Below are positions 58,933-64,000 of a stretch of DNA of 64,000 nt, piece after piece. Within the stretch, counting starts at the first letter, position 1. Every line of letters begins with the position of its first letter. The position numbers were made by a program, and so were the translations under genes. Location of the stretch: positions 62,001-126,000 of IMG/VR virus record IMGVR_UViG_3300048121_001678, one strand, 5' to 3'. Under the pieces are notes generated by a model that was not told the origin of the DNA, searched no databases, and worked only from the letters and a program-made list of their open reading frames with translations.

Positions 58933-61872
58933 TTATCCACAGTTAATTGTTATGTTTATACCCACGTTCAAGGTGATTGTTTTGTTTGTAAAATTTGGGT
59001 CACACCCTATATTTGTAAAAGTTATTGTGTTTCCACTTATAGTGTAACTTAAACCATATTGATATAAATACTGGAAATGTGTAATTGCCGCATTTAACCA
59101 ATCATTATTTGTTGGTGACGATGAGAATCCGTACCCCGTAAAAAATTGTTGTTGAACTAATATATTACCATCTAACCTTAAATCTATATACCAATCAGAA
59201 ACAATACTATTTAAATCACATTCATTAGTAGTATATCCACTTGATGATACAATAGTGTTTACTTGTTGGTTTAGTATACTTTGGAAGGTCGATGATGGAT
59301 AAAAATCACAATCAACAATTTGTTTAGCACAATCGTACTTCCATAACGGACCTTCAATTTCACAAGGCTCACATTCTATGTCAACAATCTCACAACCCCT
59401 TTGTAGTTTATAGTTATGTTTTTGTCTATGGAATTCTGAGTTCTCCATTTTCTGACCACCCAACCACAATGTTGACGCCGGAACAACTTGTTCCACTAAT
59501 CTCATCCAATAGTCACCAATACCATTAGTGAAGTCAATCATCTTTTGGTACGTGTATTGATTTGATGGTATATTTACATCCACTCCCGACGTTAAATATT
59601 TCCAATATAATGACGATAACGTTACATACCCACCACTCGATGTTTGTCGGTTTCTAACATTAATCATATTCTTATAGAATGTCTGAGCAAACTCAAAGAA
59701 TGATTTCTCTTTTGGTCTTGGATTTATAACCGTCCAATCAATACCACCAACAGTAGGGTAAGGATAAGTTAATCCAGTTGCAGGTATTGGGTATCCAGTA
59801 TTTCTACTCATGTCCCAAACATCATACTCCAATCCCTGACCCATATTGAGGTATAACTCAATATTCTTTCTATTTAATACTAATCTTTCATCGGTTACAT
59901 CATAATAAGAATTGAAAATACCGTTACTTTTTCTTAACCCTGTTTCGGTACTCGACCATGATTTTAAGTTATCTTTAATCGGTGTTAAGGTATACCCTAA
60001 ATCCATATTAGGGAAGTCTCTAAACCTATTAAAGTATTTTTCACCAAAACTATATGGTTCTAATGATGTTTGTATATTTGTGTTCTGACCTGTAAAGTTA
60101 GAATTCTGTATATCAATGGTTTCATTTGACCTATGTTTAGGTGTTTGTTCGAACCATCCTGAACCCATCTCGAAAAAATAACTGTCCGTTTGTGGTACCG
60201 CAGTAGGATATCCGTATTCATCCATAGGATAGTCAGTTCTTACATCCTCAACAAAAGATGTTATGGCTTGTGGAGTAAATCCTGTATATGTAACTCCTTT
60301 AACGTTGTATGTGTCACTAGGTACTAATACAGGTAAAATATTTAATTTAGTCCCACTAGTTATCTCATCATACTCTTGATTAAATTGTTTAAGGTTTATA
60401 GGTCCATCCGCCACATAAACGGTCTCATTAAATTCAATTAATGCTTTTGGTGCACCCACCATCCTCATTAAGAAATCTATTGCGGTTCTTGTTCCTTTTG
60501 ACTTATATAAAAATCCTGAATTGATTATTATCTTTCTGTAATATTCGTAATCTAATTCCTGAGGTGTTTTATCTCTAGTTTGACCAGGATATATGGATTG
60601 ATTCTTTGTCCCGAATACTGCAGTTAAAAAGTCATCCTGACTTATTGGCGAATTATTTGTTTCAAACCCTAATGTTTGCGCTAAATTCTTTAATAATACA
60701 GACGGTATATCATTTTTAGGGTTATAATTAACATTATTCATAAATGCTAAGGCATCTATGAATTTTTTTGTCTCATCAAAACTTCTACCATAAATTTGTA
60801 GAACTTTCTCCATCTTTTGGTCAGACGTATCGAAATCTTTAAATGAACCTGTTACTAAAAATCTACTGATTAGGTTTGTTTTATAACGGTCCATTAGTTC
60901 CGCCACTTCATTAATCCTACTTAAGTAATTTTCATATCCTACAGTCTGCGTATCTAAATTCCATAAACCTAATACCGGCCAAGTAATATTTTCAACAGAC
61001 GTATAATACTTACCCTGTTCAGTTTCTCTAGGAACCCTAAACATTGCAGTGTATTTTGGAGATATTAACCTATTTAATAAGAATTTCTCAATTTCGTCAA
61101 ATGAATCATCAAAAATTTCTTCAGTATAGAATTTACTAGGTCGTAATGTAATGTCCTCAGTTGAAAAAGTAACCCCACTATATGGATTACCGGCTACCAC
61201 AACCTCTAAAGTACCTGAAGATAATGAAGTTGACGGTGTAAAGTCCTGTAATTTATATTCCGTCTCACCTGTTCCAATAAATAAAGAATACTTTAAGAAT
61301 TGTCTAGTTAAGTTTCTGTACGGAGAAACATCCATTGGTCGAAGTGACATATTCCTGTCAGCCATCGTACTATAATCAATATCAAATGGATTTTTTATAC
61401 GAGCAACATCAATATTAAATGTAGTTTCGTCATCTATAATATCATAAGAAATATTATATACCGTATTTGCAGTTGTAAAATCTGTATAAATTTTATCAAC
61501 CTCTAATGCCGCAGGGAAATAATTAATTATCTTTGTAATTGATGATGAAAGTCTCTTTTGTAATGAACCATATAAAGAAAAGTTAGTTACAACAGAAATA
61601 TCATAGTTTGGGTAAACACCGTAGTTACGAGCAATAATTTTTCTCGACTCTTCCAAACTAACCAAATCCATATTCTCCAATGTGAACGGATTTGAAAATA
61701 CACCTGTGTTAAAGGTTCTATTAACCTTTTCGACAACTGAAGTCGTGAACTCAAAATTACCCTGAGTTAAACCACCACCATCAACAAGTTGAAACCCAAC
61801 CAAATCGGGTGAGAATGTGTCCTGTCCTGAAGGTGGAGCGGGTGGAAAACGATATTTTTTATTACTAGCCAT
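58933..61872 (-). CDS. putative baseplate/structural protein
   Basis: 979 aa; LKNLAQTLG and LYKSKGTR.AI.F motifs reminiscent of baseplate wedge proteins. Confidence 0.55.
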   Translation of the reverse strand: MASNKKYRFPPAPPSGQDTFSPDLVGFQLVDGGGLTQGNFEFTTSVVEKVNRTFNTGVFSNPFTLENMDLVSLEESRKIIARNYGVYPNYDISVVTNFSLYGSLQKRLSSSITKIINYFPAALEVDKIYTDFTTANTVYNISYDIIDDETTFNIDVARIKNPFDIDYSTMADRNMSLRPMDVSPYRNLTRQFLKYSLFIGTGETEYKLQDFTPSTSLSSGTLEVVVAGNPYSGVTFSTEDITLRPSKFYTEEIFDDSFDEIEKFLLNRLISPKYTAMFRVPRETEQGKYYTSVENITWPVLGLWNLDTQTVGYENYLSRINEVAELMDRYKTNLISRFLVTGSFKDFDTSDQKMEKVLQIYGRSFDETKKFIDALAFMNNVNYNPKNDIPSVLLKNLAQTLGFETNNSPISQDDFLTAVFGTKNQSIYPGQTRDKTPQELDYEYYRKIIINSGFLYKSKGTRTAIDFLMRMVGAPKALIEFNETVYVADGPINLKQFNQEYDEITSGTKLNILPVLVPSDTYNVKGVTYTGFTPQAITSFVEDVRTDYPMDEYGYPTAVPQTDSYFFEMGSGWFEQTPKHRSNETIDIQNSNFTGQNTNIQTSLEPYSFGEKYFNRFRDFPNMDLGYTLTPIKDNLKSWSSTETGLRKSNGIFNSYYDVTDERLVLNRKNIELYLNMGQGLEYDVWDMSRNTGYPIPATGLTYPYPTVGGIDWTVINPRPKEKSFFEFAQTFYKNMINVRNRQTSSGGYVTLSSLYWKYLTSGVDVNIPSNQYTYQKMIDFTNGIGDYWMRLVEQVVPASTLWLGGQKMENSEFHRQKHNYKLQRGCEIVDIECEPCEIEGPLWKYDCAKQIVDCDFYPSSTFQSILNQQVNTIVSSSGYTTNECDLNSIVSDWYIDLRLDGNILVQQQFFTGYGFSSSPTNNDWLNAAITHFQYLYQYGLSYTISGNTITFTNIGCDPNFTNKTITLNVGINITINCG

Positions 61873-62777
61873 TAATCAATTACATCATTGAAGTTTTTAC
61901 TGAAATCGATATTATCACCTCTATCCTGACGAACCTCATACAATAGATTATTAAACTCATCTCTAATCTCAAACAAGTTATATTGTTTGTAGATATTATT
62001 TGATGGGTCATAAATTGTGTAAATACCATCTTCCATACTCTTAGTCTGATTACCGTAAAGTGCAATCGCTAATGTATCGATATCATGTTCAGCCATTTCA
62101 ATATCTAATGTAATTGGATTAAAATATGTATTAGTAATTATAATGTCTTGGTCAGGTTGACCAATGAATGGTGTTGCGTTAGGTTTGTTTGACGGAGCAC
62201 TTGAAGGTGATAACGTACAGAACAATAAATCACTACCATTCTCAACATATCGATATCGAATACTTTTTTGTGAACTATTAGTTAAATTAGTAGTTACTGG
62301 CTCACAATAAAATGAAGATGTTACAATTCTGTAAAAGTTAGGTATTTTAGTTCCATTATCGTTTAGATATTCAACTCTAAACCCAACTAATCCTTGTGCC
62401 ACAAATTTATTTCTAAACTTGGCATCAACATTATTTAAATCAACAATAATACCTTTAACGTTAGGTAACGCAGATAAAACACCACAATCTGTTATTGTTG
62501 TTCTAATCTCTGCAGGACGAATATATAGTGTATATATACCTGTTTGATTAAATTCATTTGCGGGTAAACGTAAATTATACATACCACCCAAAATTTCATT
62601 TGTATTCCCACCAGTGTCGTTGTTGTGGAAATAAGGCGTCAATAAAGAAGCCGCATCTAATTCTTTAAGTACAAAGTCTTCAGTCACATCTCTACTTGGT
62701 GTGTAGTTCATAATGATTTCAACGTCTTCTGGAGACATATCTGCGGGTCTTGTAATTCCGTAAGTTCCTAATGCCAT
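61872..62777 (-). CDS. putative structural protein
   Basis: 301 aa beta-rich ORF coupled within the structural operon. Confidence 0.55.
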   Translation of the reverse strand: MALGTYGITRPADMSPEDVEIIMNYTPSRDVTEDFVLKELDAASLLTPYFHNNDTGGNTNEILGGMYNLRLPANEFNQTGIYTLYIRPAEIRTTITDCGVLSALPNVKGIIVDLNNVDAKFRNKFVAQGLVGFRVEYLNDNGTKIPNFYRIVTSSFYCEPVTTNLTNSSQKSIRYRYVENGSDLLFCTLSPSSAPSNKPNATPFIGQPDQDIIITNTYFNPITLDIEMAEHDIDTLAIALYGNQTKSMEDGIYTIYDPSNNIYKQYNLFEIRDEFNNLLYEVRQDRGDNIDFSKNFNDVID

Positions 62778-62780
62778 TTT

Positions 62781-63863
62781 TTAAGTTTCATTAATTTTAT
62801 AGAAACCATAACCATATCTAGTTAGGTCTCCAAGGTTATCAACTTCACCCAATCTTTCTAATCCTTCAAAAGCTGAGTTCTTGCCTCTGTCTATAAATAC
62901 TTCACTCTGTATTTCTGGTGAAGAAACCATGTCTAATAATACCTCTTGTTTTGTAATCGCACTAACACTGATGTCATTTTCAGTAATTCCTGAGGATTTT
63001 TGAATATATATTGTCGACCCATCTGGGTAATCATAATAAGTAACCTCATTAATAGTATATGCGGTATATTGTGGGTTTATCTCATCTATCACACCCAATA
63101 AATCACCGTTTTTAAAAATAGGGACGTTAGTTGCGTACCTAATAGAACCATAACTACTTAAAGTTGTTAACTGACTTATAGTATACCCTGAAACTAAAAA
63201 AGGTACAGACACATAATTTGATGAAATTTGCGAATTTATATTATTCTCCGCGTCACCACTAAAAATAAAGTTGTAATTTAATGGTGTTCCTGACCAACTA
63301 CCTCCTTGAGGTGTAAAAGTTATATTACCTTGTTGATTTGATATCGTAACTCCGGTCATCGGAATAGTAATAGTTTTTTTAACTTCAGTTGTACCCCATG
63401 GATTCGTTTGAGTAATGGTTATTTTATAATCACCGCTACTTGCATAGGTGTGCGTTAAGAATGAAGGTGTTGTATCATTAATTGTTTGTGTAGATAACCC
63501 GTCTCCCCAATCAATAACATAGTTGGCTAACTTTAAAAACTTTTTAAAATCCCTATCAGACGTATTAAAGACTTTAATATCATAACCACTTGCAGTACTT
63601 GCAGAATAAACAAAGTTATTGACCACATCTTTCTGTAAAAGATAACCGTCAAATGGTGTGTAGTAACCCAAATCATTAAAGGATTGTGTAAACACTAATG
63701 GTATGGTTAAACCAGTTAATAATGAAGAACCACCCGTACCACCACTAAGTATTTCACTCATACCCGAATATACACCAAAAGTATTACCACTATAAGTTTC
63801 CTGAACAATGTCATCTTTTAACACTTCAGGTGAAATTTTAATATATGTTCTATCGGTCTTCAT
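62781..63863 (-). CDS. putative structural protein with PKD-like domain
   Basis: IDWGDG.....THTY..SGDY.ITIT. Confidence 0.65.
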   Translation of the reverse strand: MKTDRTYIKISPEVLKDDIVQETYSGNTFGVYSGMSEILSGGTGGSSLLTGLTIPLVFTQSFNDLGYYTPFDGYLLQKDVVNNFVYSASTASGYDIKVFNTSDRDFKKFLKLANYVIDWGDGLSTQTINDTTPSFLTHTYASSGDYKITITQTNPWGTTEVKKTITIPMTGVTISNQQGNITFTPQGGSWSGTPLNYNFIFSGDAENNINSQISSNYVSVPFLVSGYTISQLTTLSSYGSIRYATNVPIFKNGDLLGVIDEINPQYTAYTINEVTYYDYPDGSTIYIQKSSGITENDISVSAITKQEVLLDMVSSPEIQSEVFIDRGKNSAFEGLERLGEVDNLGDLTRYGYGFYKINET

Positions 63864-64000
63864 TATGGATTAACGTATTCGTAAAACTTCACAGGATTAT
63901 CTGTTGTACCAATTCTTATACCATTTAAATCAGTTAGTTTATATTGATAATTATCATAGTCGAGTACTATTTTACTATAAAACTTATCCTCTTTATTAAA
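63863..64000 (-). CDS. 3' end of an upstream gene (partial)
   Basis: open frame ...IRIGTTDNPVKFYEYVNP* running off the window edge; TAATG overlap with the next gene. Confidence 0.7.
   Translation of the reverse strand, partial: FNKEDKFYSKIVLDYDNYQYKLTDLNGIRIGTTDNPVKFYEYVNP

Noticed and set aside
1-64000. Stop-codon reassignment as seen in some Bacteroidota phages
   Set aside because: Long intact ORFs and high coding density under the standard code; TAA, TAG and TGA all end genes at coupled junctions
1-64000. Eukaryotic giant virus or bacterial chromosome origin
   Set aside because: Despite eukaryote-like PLOD, GT60 and mucin features, the sigma70 factor, amidase, DnaG primase, tail fibres, overlapping operons and lack of cellular housekeeping genes indicate a bacteriophage
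1-64000. tRNA, rRNA, integrase, transposase or diversity-generating retroelement
   Set aside because: Intergenic gaps are short and AT-rich with no cloverleaf seen by eye; no reverse transcriptase or recombinase ORF; the 50.5-51.4 kb repeat does not show an adenine-only mismatch pattern

Overview
AT-rich, gene-dense window of a large dsDNA (jumbo) phage genome. Nearly all genes are on the minus strand and use the standard code. A Bacteroidota (Flavobacteriia-like) host is inferred from TTG/TTTG-N19-21-TAnnTTTG-type promoters and SprB-like repeats. Layout by coordinate: acidic putative head proteins and a lysis-like group with an amidase (1-5.7 kb); an RpoD-family sigma factor; a GIY-YIG pair; a replication/repair block (dCMP deaminase, Rad50/SbcC, Mre11/SbcD, PD-(D/E)XK nuclease, primase, RuvC-like resolvase) with accessory genes (mini-CorA, cysteine synthase, two PLOD-like 2OG-Fe(II) oxygenases); then a ~43 kb structural region. 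The standout is a candidate phage-encoded mucin-type glycosylation system. Five putative virion proteins carry Thr/Ser-Pro mucin-like tracts, most with Cys-rich modules, and the largest (2499 aa) begins with a Hint domain. They flank a five-gene operon encoding a GT60-like GlcNAc transferase, a carbamoyltransferase, an HtrL-like protein, a methyltransferase and an FkbM-HtrL-GT2 fusion. All family calls come from motif recognition by eye; no database searches were run.
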